In this document: one piece after another, positions 1-7,907 of the stretch | Numbering within the stretch: position 1 is the first letter of the stretch | How the letters are laid out: each line of letters starts with the position of its first letter | Assembly: GCA_044225505.1 (NCBI GenBank) | Contig: JBGAIN010000045.1 | Span: forward strand, 1 to 47,838 | Direction of reading: 5' to 3' | Source: Limisphaerales bacterium | GTDB lineage: Bacteria > Verrucomicrobiota > Verrucomicrobiia > Limisphaerales > SIBE01 | DNA: 47,838 bases | Notes under the pieces: model-generated | Database searches by the model: none | Seen by the model: only the letters and a program-made list of their open reading frames with translations | Told to the model about the DNA's origin: nothing | Translations under genes and position numbers: made by a program

Positions 1-47
1 ATCACAAGGTCGTAGAACCCAAACGCCCTTTCTCGCCGCACTCAGCC

Positions 48-129
48 GCCCCTCCGGGGCTTGGGCCCTCTCACTTGAGCACCCGGCGCTAAAGCGACCG
101 GGCTTCTCTCATTCTGTCCCTTCCGGGAC
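48..129. repeat. REP-like cluster of short GC hairpins
   Basis: GCCCC-TCC-GGGGC (48-60), CCCGG CGC TAAA GCG ACCGGG (82-102) and GTCCC-TTCC-GGGAC (116-129) lie in an intergenic stretch; the layout resembles REP elements of PVC bacteria. Copy number cannot be judged from this window. Confidence 0.4.
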
Positions 130-196
130 TGAATAGAATTTTGCCTTCGAGCGCATTGTGGCCGAGCGGGGCCGATACAATGCCGAGCGATAGAAC

Positions 197-221
197 CGCG
201 GAATACGCGGAATACGCGGAA
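197..221. repeat. 9-bp tandem repeat (CGCGGAATA) x~2.8
   Basis: Directly visible: aac-CGCGGAATA-CGCGGAATA-CGCGGAA. Confidence 0.75.
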
Positions 222-362
222 ACGGTCAAAGGGAGAGCCCCTCGGCGAGACTCTGGCGCCGATCATTGGACGTGCCGGGTGAGCGCAACGAAAGCCTGCG
301 GAATTAGGGGACAGCACTCATTGCCGTGCCGAATCGCCTCGCGCCCGGTCTTAACGATAGCG

Positions 363-800
363 ATGTCGGCACTCTACCAACGGCGCGTTCGTGGTTTCAG
401 CTTGATCGAGATGCTCTGCGTGATCACCATTATCACGATCCTGGCCGGCCTGATGCTCCCGGCCTTGAGCAAAGCATTGCGCAAGGCGCGTGGTTTAGCA
501 GGCCACTTGGGCGGCCCGAGCGGTGTGGAAATGCGGATCGATGAAGTGATGGCAAAGTATTCGCGCTATCGGTTGGCCCATCCCAAGCACGGCAAAATGA
601 CTCGCAGAACATTTATTCACGAACTGCAATTGACCTCGCAGGCCGAAGCGTGGCTTAACCTTGGCAGCGTGGAATATCGGCCTTTCGCGTCGTCCGATCC
701 GCCGATTCAACCGGCGATTATCTGTTATCCCTCGCCGGGGAGTGGCAGTGGAGAACGTCTGATTGTTTTCACGATTGGTGATCTCCTGACGTCGCCGTAG
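363..800 (+). CDS. Prepilin-type N-terminal cleavage/methylation domain protein (short)
   Basis: RRVRG|FSLIEMLCVITIITILAGLMLPALSKA is a class III signal with G|F and E5. The ATG at 363 is preferred over the ORF start at 141. Confidence 0.85.
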   Translation: MSALYQRRVRGFSLIEMLCVITIITILAGLMLPALSKALRKARGLAGHLGGPSGVEMRIDEVMAKYSRYRLAHPKHGKMTRRTFIHELQLTSQAEAWLNLGSVEYRPFASSDPPIQPAIICYPSPGSGSGERLIVFTIGDLLTSP

Positions 801-924
801 AGCGGGCGCGGCAGATTGATTGGGCAGCGCCGAGTGCGGAAAGCAGGCGCTCTGGGACAACCAGTCCGCCGCTGGCGTGGCGCCATCGAAAGCGTACAAC
901 CAACCCCCGCCATGGCTTCCCCGC

Positions 925-2535
925 TTAGAGAGACCTGAGACGGAAGAACACGCCGCGAAGGGTACTGTCGATCGGCACAGGCGCAGGAGGCGCCCAGATC
1001 GTGTTGGTGGAAACAGGAGTCCAGTGGACCCAATCGCTTGTGGCCTCGATGACATAAGTTGCTTGCGAATCGCCGGTAATGCGCAAGTTGAGCTCGCGGC
1101 CAACGAGATCCGACGTCAGGCGAGCGGGGGCGTTCGCCCTTCGGTAAGTGGTGGCAGCACCATTCTGACGCCACACCATACTCGTCACCGATCCGGCGGT
1201 ATTGGTCTGGAACGTGCCGGTCGCTTGGACGAGCGGATACGAAAACGCGCGTGATGACGTGGCGTAGAGTGTAAAGGCAATTCCGCCGTCTCCAGAGTAG
1301 GCGCCCGTCAGGTGATTGTGGCGCAGACCAATGTCGAAGAAATCGTTGGAGTCGCGTTCGTAGTGGCCCACATAACTTCGAAGCGTTGCTAACGGCACGT
1401 CCGGCTGGGGAGGGTCCGAGTCCAGGGCCAACGACGAGTTGAGAAGGTGCAAGCCGATGACATCCGTCTTCTCGATATACGAATTTGCCAGGACGATGAC
1501 CCCGGTTTTCTGGCTGGGCCGGAATCCGATAAAACCGGAATAGCCCGCGGTGTTGCCGCCGTGCCAGATCACTTCGTCGCCGTCTTTCGCGGTTATCAGC
1601 CACCCCAAGCCCATCGATGCTGTGGCCGACGAGAAGTGCAAACGATGCGCATTGGTCATGGACCTGTAAAGTGAACTGGGGATCAACCCAAGGTTCGCGG
1701 AGACGTACGCGGCCATATCCCGCGTCGTCGATCGTAAAGCGCCCGCGCCTTCAAGAACGTCAAAGTCCCAATTCTCGACCGGCACCACGCCGTTGAAGCC
1801 TGGGAGCAAGCGCGAGCGTTGTTCGGCCGAAAGTGCGATCGCCGTGTCTGCCATCCCCAAAACCTGAGTCACTCTGCGGCGGACCATCGACGCATAGTCC
1901 ACTCCTTCCGCCAAGGTAAGGACATGCCCCAACAAACCGACTCCCAGATTGGAATACTCCCACTCCGCTCCCGGATCTCGCGGCAAGGTATAGTTGGAAA
2001 GAAACGGGTACAGCTCGGCCACCGTATAGTCGACGTAGGGGTTGAGCCAATTGGCTGGTTGAAAGTTGTCTGGCATCCGAGGCAATCCGGACGAATGTGT
2101 TGCCAGATGCTGCAGAGTGATGGATTTGCCATGGCGACTCGGCACGACCACGGAGTCCGGGAGATACTGTGCCACAGGGTCAGACAGAGCCATGTTCCCT
2201 GCCATCACTTGTTCGGACAGCATGGTGCAGGTGAAGGTTTTCGTGATGGAGCCAATCTCGAAGATCGAGTCTTCAGTCGGAGCGACCCCAGAATCCCAAG
2301 TCGTCTGGCCGAAGCTGAAAAAAGCCGATCCGTTCGTGGTGACTTGCGCCACCATATATCCCGGACAGTAGCCGTTGGTCAGGCGGGATAGAATTCGGTT
2401 CTGAACATCGAATGGCAACGCGGCTGCATGGACGTTGTACCGTGACGTTCCCAGGGCCAGGACCACTGCGGCGAAACCCAGAACGTCCGCAATAAACCCT
2501 CGCCGCCCGGACCGCCGTCTCAAAAGCATCATCAT
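925..2535 (-). CDS. Serine hydrolase, beta-lactamase class C/AmpH-like family, secreted, with C-terminal 'FFRL' domain
   Basis: FEIGSITK (SxxK), LATHSSGL, WEYSNLG (YxN) and WHGGNTAG motifs; N-terminal signal peptide; ends ...GVFFRLRSL. Confidence 0.9.
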   Translation of the reverse strand: MMMLLRRRSGRRGFIADVLGFAAVVLALGTSRYNVHAAALPFDVQNRILSRLTNGYCPGYMVAQVTTNGSAFFSFGQTTWDSGVAPTEDSIFEIGSITKTFTCTMLSEQVMAGNMALSDPVAQYLPDSVVVPSRHGKSITLQHLATHSSGLPRMPDNFQPANWLNPYVDYTVAELYPFLSNYTLPRDPGAEWEYSNLGVGLLGHVLTLAEGVDYASMVRRRVTQVLGMADTAIALSAEQRSRLLPGFNGVVPVENWDFDVLEGAGALRSTTRDMAAYVSANLGLIPSSLYRSMTNAHRLHFSSATASMGLGWLITAKDGDEVIWHGGNTAGYSGFIGFRPSQKTGVIVLANSYIEKTDVIGLHLLNSSLALDSDPPQPDVPLATLRSYVGHYERDSNDFFDIGLRHNHLTGAYSGDGGIAFTLYATSSRAFSYPLVQATGTFQTNTAGSVTSMVWRQNGAATTYRRANAPARLTSDLVGRELNLRITGDSQATYVIEATSDWVHWTPVSTNTIWAPPAPVPIDSTLRGVFFRLRSL

Positions 2536-2805
2536 AAATGCGCCTCTCGCAGAACCCGTGAAATTCTTAACGCCTAGCGCGCGCGTGACTCCTGACGTAC
2601 GACTCTGGACTCTGTTTTTTCATAATGGCGCAACCGAGGAAAGGCCAATGTTCCGTCAGGAATCGATTGTCGAGAGGACACAAGTCCTTATGATCGTGAA
2701 CGCTCCTTTTGCCGGCAACGACAGATTTCATGAGTCCTGGCTCACCTGTTTCCAGCGGCGTTCGGCCAGAGACAAATTGGTCGCGCTCTCCGGAAGTGAT
2801 CCGTA

Positions 2806-2834
2806 TTGACTAAAGCGTCTTCGTAGAGGAGAGT
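2806..2834 (+). promoter_or_regulatory. Putative sigma70 promoter giving a leaderless transcript of the CxxC leader ORF
   Basis: TTGACT-N17-GAGAGT with the GTG start 7 nt after the -10; no obvious RBS. Confidence 0.35.
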
Positions 2835-2841
2835 CGACGCA

Positions 2842-3216
2842 GTGTTCGGCCGATGGACCAGCTTCCCGGTAGTTGTCATGCTCTGCCTCGTCTTGGGGCT
2901 GCAGTGGACCGTTTTGCGTACCGTCGCGTGGGTGAACATGTTCGTCACCTTCGTTCAGACGGACTCGGTTTCTGAAGCCTTGACGAAGACCTTTGACGGG
3001 AAGCATCCATGCTCCCTCTGCAAATTTGTTAAAAGCGCTGAACAGTCCGAGAAGAAACAGGAGTCCATCAAGGTTGAGGCGAAGCTGGACTTGATATTGA
3101 CTCTAGAGAGCTGCCGACTCACGCCCCCGCCCGACTATACGTTGCTTCCTCTCCTGGACCATACGTCTTCCGGAAGAACCGAGTCACCGCCGGTTCCCCC
3201 TCCTCGGGCAGTCTGA
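2842..3216 (+). CDS. Small membrane CxxC protein with Pro-rich tail (DUF2946/CutF/CruR-like), copy 1
   Basis: N-terminal hydrophobic helices, TFDGKHPCSLC motif, C-terminus RTESPPVPPPRAV; paralog at 14552. Confidence 0.75.
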   Translation: MFGRWTSFPVVVMLCLVLGLQWTVLRTVAWVNMFVTFVQTDSVSEALTKTFDGKHPCSLCKFVKSAEQSEKKQESIKVEAKLDLILTLESCRLTPPPDYTLLPLLDHTSSGRTESPPVPPPRAV

Positions 3217-3567
3217 TCTATTCTTCTGTCGGCTCGGGCCATCGCGGCCTGAGTGCTTCGTCCGCTAAAGATTCCGTCTTTAGCACATCCGTCAATTTCT
3301 GATCGGAGCGACTTAACGCTATACGATCGCCTTTAGCCGTGAGTGCAAATTTGCGTGGGTTCACTCGGATTGAACCCTGGGTCCACATTCTGACGATCGC
3401 GGTCCGGGCTGGCAACGCTCCGAGACCAGAGGATGGTTTCGGGGCGACCTCGTTGCCCGGTGCATTGGGTGGGGACAACAGAATCTGAACCCCGTCGCCG
3501 ACGCCGAGCCCGCGACAGACGGACAGCACAGTGTTCGACTGGACCGCAGTGATGGTTGTCTCTTGGT

Positions 3568-4278
3568 ATGAAACCAAGCTCATCAAATCCCGAAAGCCAA
3601 AGTCAGGCTGAAGCCAGCGCTTTGCCGTTGCCTGATGAGGCTCGCCTGACCCGGCGCGAGTGGGTCGGCACGATGGGTTTTGGCCTCGCCATCGTCGGTG
3701 TGACCGGAGCGATTGCCTTCTTGACTGGCCAACGCCGCAAGACCTCGCTCGATCCCGCCGAGTTGGATCGGCCGCGCCGATTGATTCCATTCGCACTCAC
3801 GGAACGCAGTGGCCGCACGGTGACGGAAGCGGATCTGGCCGGAAAGATCGTGGTTGTCGACTTCGTGTTCACCGGCTGTTCTCTGAGCTGCCGCGCGGTG
3901 AACGACTCGATGGAGGAAATTCAGAGACTCACCGCGGGTGCGAAGGACGTGCAGCTGATTTCATTGACGGTCGATCCTCGCACCGACACGCCAGCGGTGC
4001 TGACTGCATTTGCGAACAGTTACCATGCGGACTCCAACCGTTGGCTGTTTCTGACGGGGGAAAAGCGTCAGCTTTACGGCCTTATTGAAACCAGCTTTAT
4101 TCCGAAGGCGCCCGAGCTAGAACACCTGATTCCCGGAGGCTTCGTCCGCACCGACTGCATCATGCTGGTGGACCCACTCGGCAATATTCACGCCTCTTTC
4201 GATGGGCTCGAACGCGACGCCGCGAGAACGGTGGTTTCAGCAATTGAAAACCTTCGTGCAAAGATTCAAGCCAAATGA
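3568..4278 (+). CDS. SCO1/SenC family protein (atypical: conserved His apparently absent)
   Basis: FALTERSGRTVTEADLAGKIVVVDFVFTGCSLSC (CxxxC), SLTVDPRTDTP and WLFLTG; N-terminal TM segment after LTRREW. Confidence 0.9.
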   Translation: MKPSSSNPESQSQAEASALPLPDEARLTRREWVGTMGFGLAIVGVTGAIAFLTGQRRKTSLDPAELDRPRRLIPFALTERSGRTVTEADLAGKIVVVDFVFTGCSLSCRAVNDSMEEIQRLTAGAKDVQLISLTVDPRTDTPAVLTAFANSYHADSNRWLFLTGEKRQLYGLIETSFIPKAPELEHLIPGGFVRTDCIMLVDPLGNIHASFDGLERDAARTVVSAIENLRAKIQAK

Positions 4279-5156
4279 ACTTATTCGTGATCTGCTTCAT
4301 CCTCGTCTCCGTAAGTGTTGCGGCGCGTTGCGGCGAGTCGACCTCAGCGACGAACCAGGCTGGCACGACACGCGGGATAATCCGCGAGATCGCTTCCGAT
4401 CATCGGACCGCCGTCATTCGTCATGAGGCGATTCCTGGATACATGCCAGCCATGACCATGGAGTTCAATCTGAAGAATACAAATGAGTTGAGCGGCATAG
4501 CCGTTGGAGACACGGTTACCTTCCGACTCACCGCAACCAAGGAAACCCATTGGATCGACAACATCCGCAAGGTTGCTTCAGCCACGAACAGTCCAACTCT
4601 AACGCGACGAGGAATCAAATCGTCCCCCGTTGCTGAACTTAAACCGGGCGACTTGCTGCCAGACTCTGACCTGCTCGCGGAGACCGGCAAAGTCATCCGA
4701 TTCTCGGACTTTCGCGGCAAGGCCGTGGCCTTCACGTTCATCTTTACCCGCTGTCCGCTGCCGGACTATTGCCCGCGCATGGGCAACCATTTTGCCAAAA
4801 CCCGCGAGTTGCTCCTCGCCAACACCAACGCGCCGGCGAATTGGCAGCTCCTCTCCATTTCATTCGACCCGGAGTTTGACACGCCTGCTGTCCTGTCGAA
4901 CTACGCCAAACTCTATCGTAAGGAGATGGCGGATCGTTGGCTCTTCACCGTGGCTTCACGGGGTGTACTCGAGCAACTGGCGCCTCGCCTTGATCTGATG
5001 GTTCGCCGTGAGCCCGGGGGAAGCATCTCGCATAATCTACGAACGGTAGTGCTCGATCCAATGGGCCGAATTCACCGGCAGTTCGACGGAAATCAATGGA
5101 CCCCGAAAGAACTGGCTGACGCGGTCGTTGAGGCTACAGGGAGAACCAACCGGTAA
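4275..5156 (+). CDS. CusF-like copper-binding domain fused to SCO domain
   Basis: Signal peptide; HEAIPGYMPAMTMEF (CusF-type His/Met site); FIFTRCPLPDYCP, SISFDPEFDTP and ISHNLRTVVLD; ATGA overlap with the upstream gene. Confidence 0.9.
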   Translation: MNLFVICFILVSVSVAARCGESTSATNQAGTTRGIIREIASDHRTAVIRHEAIPGYMPAMTMEFNLKNTNELSGIAVGDTVTFRLTATKETHWIDNIRKVASATNSPTLTRRGIKSSPVAELKPGDLLPDSDLLAETGKVIRFSDFRGKAVAFTFIFTRCPLPDYCPRMGNHFAKTRELLLANTNAPANWQLLSISFDPEFDTPAVLSNYAKLYRKEMADRWLFTVASRGVLEQLAPRLDLMVRREPGGSISHNLRTVVLDPMGRIHRQFDGNQWTPKELADAVVEATGRTNR

Positions 5157-7870
5157 TGATCGCATTTTACAGGTCCACCCAGCCGACGTTGGATGCGGGT
5201 CAACGGCAGATTGGAAGGTCTACTTATGGCAGGCGTCGACCTACGGTAGTGGCGTTCCCGTTGCGCCGCTCGTCTTGGGCCAGGTTCGTCTGGCTGGCGT
5301 TTGTCGCCGCCGGCCTGAGCTTCGCTTTTCAAGCGTTTGCTCAAACCAATTTTGCGCACTTCGAGGGACGGCAAGCCCATCCAATAGGACTGACGCCGGA
5401 TGGCACGCGGCTTCTGGCGGTCAACACACCGGATGCACGGCTCTCCGTTTTCCAGGCGCCACGGGGAAGCGACGCAGCGCCGGTGTTGATCTCGGAAATC
5501 CCGGTTGGGCTCGAACCGGTGTCGTTGCGCGCCCGCACCGATGATGAAGTTTGGATCGTCAATGAGCTCTCCGACAGCGTATCGGTGGTGTCTCTGAGCC
5601 GGCGGGTGGCATTCGACACCCTGCACTGCCCGGACGAGCCGGCCGATGTGATTTTCGCGCAGGGAAAGGCGTTCGTTAGCTGTGCTCGAAACAATTTGCT
5701 GCGCGTCTTCGATGCGGCGACAAGGGCGGAGTTAGGCACCATCGAGCTCGATGGCCTCAATCCTCGCTCGCTCGCCGTCGACACAGAAGGAGCTCGGGTG
5801 TATGCGGCCTTTCAGCTTTCGGGCAATCGCACGACGGTTCTTCCGGCGAGTGTGGCACCGCCACCGCCCGCACCGACCAATACCAATCTGCCCGCGCCGC
5901 CACAAACCGCCGTCATTGTCAAAGCGACTGATTCCAGGGTGCGCTTTACGGTGCTCGATCATGACGTGGCCGAGATCTCCGTCACTGAGCAGCGTGTTCT
6001 TCGCTATTTCACGGACGTGGGGACTAGCCTGTTCGATCTCGCCATCAGGCCAGGGGCGAACGAAGTCTGGGCGGTCAATACGGACGCGCGCAATGTCGTC
6101 CGGTTTGAGCCCGAATTGCGGGGACATTTCGTCGACAACCAGGTCACACGTATCACGCTTTCTCAGGGAGTGGTAAGCGCCTTTGACCTGAATCCTGGCC
6201 TCGACTACCGGCAACTTCCCAACCCTGCTGCTGCCGCCTCAGCACTCGCTCAGCCGACCGGACTCGTCTTTACGAAAGACGGGGTCCACGCGTGGCTGGC
6301 CTCGTTCGCTTCCGATCGCATCGCCAAGCTGGATGCGTTGAATGGGAAGGTTTTAGCTAGAGTGGAGGTTCGCATTCCGCCGGACTCTCACGTGGTGCGA
6401 GGACCCCGCGGTCTGGTGTTGGACGAAGGAACCCAACGCCTCTACGTCCTTAACAAGCTGGCTAACTCGATCAGCGTCGTGGATACCGTGAACCTCCAGA
6501 TTATTGCTGAAGTTCCGGCGGGTAGTTACGACCCGACACCGCAGGCGGTGGCGAAGGGGCGTGCCTTCCTTTTCGATGCGCGACTTTCGGGCAACGGGAC
6601 CGGATCCTGCGCCAGTTGCCACATTGATGCGGATCGCGACGGTTTGGCCTGGGATCTGGGCGATCCCGACGGCGACATGTCCGAGGTTAAGGGCGCAAAT
6701 TTTGCCTCTCATAACACTCAGCCGCAGGTGCGCCTGATGCACCCAATGAAGGGGCCGATGATGACGCAGACATTGCGCGGGTTGGCCCAAAACCAGTTGC
6801 TGCATTGGCGAGGTGACCGTGCCACGTTGGCCGACTTTAATCCGACGTTTCGCGACCTAATGGGTGGCATGCTCCTGCCCGACGACGACATGGCCGCGCT
6901 CAAACGCTATCTCGATTCGCTCCGACATCACCCAAACCCTCATCGGACTTTGGAGAACACCGCCCCCTCCAAGTTCAATGGCGGAAATTCGGCCCGCGGG
7001 AGTGCACTGTTTAACATCCACGAAAATCACTGTGCCGTGTGTCACGTGCTGCCCAGGGGGTCGGATAATAATGTTGATGACGCGCGGAACATTGCGGGCA
7101 GTCAGTTTATCAAGACGGCGCCGCTGCAGACCGTCTATCAGCGCGCCGTGCTGGACACAAGGGCTGGAGCCACAAATCTCAGCGGGTTTGGCCTGCTGCA
7201 CGACGGAACGGGAGGGTTTCGTTCATTACCCACGGTTCACTTCTATGAGCTGGATAACCTTGGCGGAGCAGATTTCGCGGACGTAAGTGCGTTCGTCATG
7301 ACCTTCGATACAGGTACGGTCCCGGCAGTCGGTTATCAACGCACCCTCAATGCCACGTCCGCGCGGGATCCTGTTGCCGAGGCGGAGTTGACTGTCGTGG
7401 AGAAACAAGCGCAAGCGGGCGCTTGCGACCTGATTGTGCATGGAAACGCGGGAAATCGGACCCGGCAATATCTATTCGAGAGAGAATCCTGGCAGTATCG
7501 CCCCGCCAGCACCAACGAACCTTCTCTCACCAGGGGTCAGTTGTTAGAACTCCTTGGGCCGGACGACGTGCTCACCTTTCTTGGCACTCTGCCGGGACGC
7601 GGGATTCAAGCGAGCATTGACCGCAACGAGAATGGCGTCCTTGATGGCGATGAGGAGGTCCCGAGGCTCGAAATAGCACGGGCAGGCCATGAACTCCGTG
7701 TGGTGTCGACCGCAACGGACCGCGGTTGGGTGCTGGAACAGGCTCCAAGCGCGGTTGGGCCTTGGGAGATGGCATCAATTCTGGCACTTCCCTTGGGCAC
7801 TGATCGGCTTGTCCTGGACGCATCCTCAATTCCGTCGAGTTTCTACCTCCGCCTGCGTCGGACTTGGTGA
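5156..7870 (+). CDS. Secreted YVTN/YncE beta-propeller fused to a di-heme cytochrome c peroxidase/MauG-like domain
   Basis: Propeller repeats (IPVGLEPVS, LYVLNKLANSISVVD); two heme motifs CASCH and CAVCH; TQTLRGL..LHWRGDR, KTAPLQ and LHDG resemble CcP/MauG blocks; ends FYLRLRRTW. Confidence 0.85.
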   Translation: MIAFYRSTQPTLDAGQRQIGRSTYGRRRPTVVAFPLRRSSWARFVWLAFVAAGLSFAFQAFAQTNFAHFEGRQAHPIGLTPDGTRLLAVNTPDARLSVFQAPRGSDAAPVLISEIPVGLEPVSLRARTDDEVWIVNELSDSVSVVSLSRRVAFDTLHCPDEPADVIFAQGKAFVSCARNNLLRVFDAATRAELGTIELDGLNPRSLAVDTEGARVYAAFQLSGNRTTVLPASVAPPPPAPTNTNLPAPPQTAVIVKATDSRVRFTVLDHDVAEISVTEQRVLRYFTDVGTSLFDLAIRPGANEVWAVNTDARNVVRFEPELRGHFVDNQVTRITLSQGVVSAFDLNPGLDYRQLPNPAAAASALAQPTGLVFTKDGVHAWLASFASDRIAKLDALNGKVLARVEVRIPPDSHVVRGPRGLVLDEGTQRLYVLNKLANSISVVDTVNLQIIAEVPAGSYDPTPQAVAKGRAFLFDARLSGNGTGSCASCHIDADRDGLAWDLGDPDGDMSEVKGANFASHNTQPQVRLMHPMKGPMMTQTLRGLAQNQLLHWRGDRATLADFNPTFRDLMGGMLLPDDDMAALKRYLDSLRHHPNPHRTLENTAPSKFNGGNSARGSALFNIHENHCAVCHVLPRGSDNNVDDARNIAGSQFIKTAPLQTVYQRAVLDTRAGATNLSGFGLLHDGTGGFRSLPTVHFYELDNLGGADFADVSAFVMTFDTGTVPAVGYQRTLNATSARDPVAEAELTVVEKQAQAGACDLIVHGNAGNRTRQYLFERESWQYRPASTNEPSLTRGQLLELLGPDDVLTFLGTLPGRGIQASIDRNENGVLDGDEEVPRLEIARAGHELRVVSTATDRGWVLEQAPSAVGPWEMASILALPLGTDRLVLDASSIPSSFYLRLRRTW

Positions 7871-7907
7871 CCTTTACTCCTAAACAACAAACTCCATTGA
7901 AAAGAAC

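Noticed and set aside
141..362. Upstream extension of the prepilin ORF, and similar extensions of ORFs at 16393, 21605, 21617, 23061, 25842, 29548 and 40512
   Set aside because: Family motifs start at downstream ATGs; the extensions overlap repeats, promoters or neighbouring genes
801..924. Partial similarity of this intergenic region (reverse complement) to 39570-39610 (TGTCCCAGAG, GGCGCCA..GCCAGCGG)
   Set aside because: The matches are short, in a different order and plausible by chance at this GC content
925..2535. Calling this an antibiotic-resistance beta-lactamase
   Set aside because: The SxxK/YxN/HGG motifs are shared by the wider serine hydrolase/peptidase family, so no substrate can be inferred
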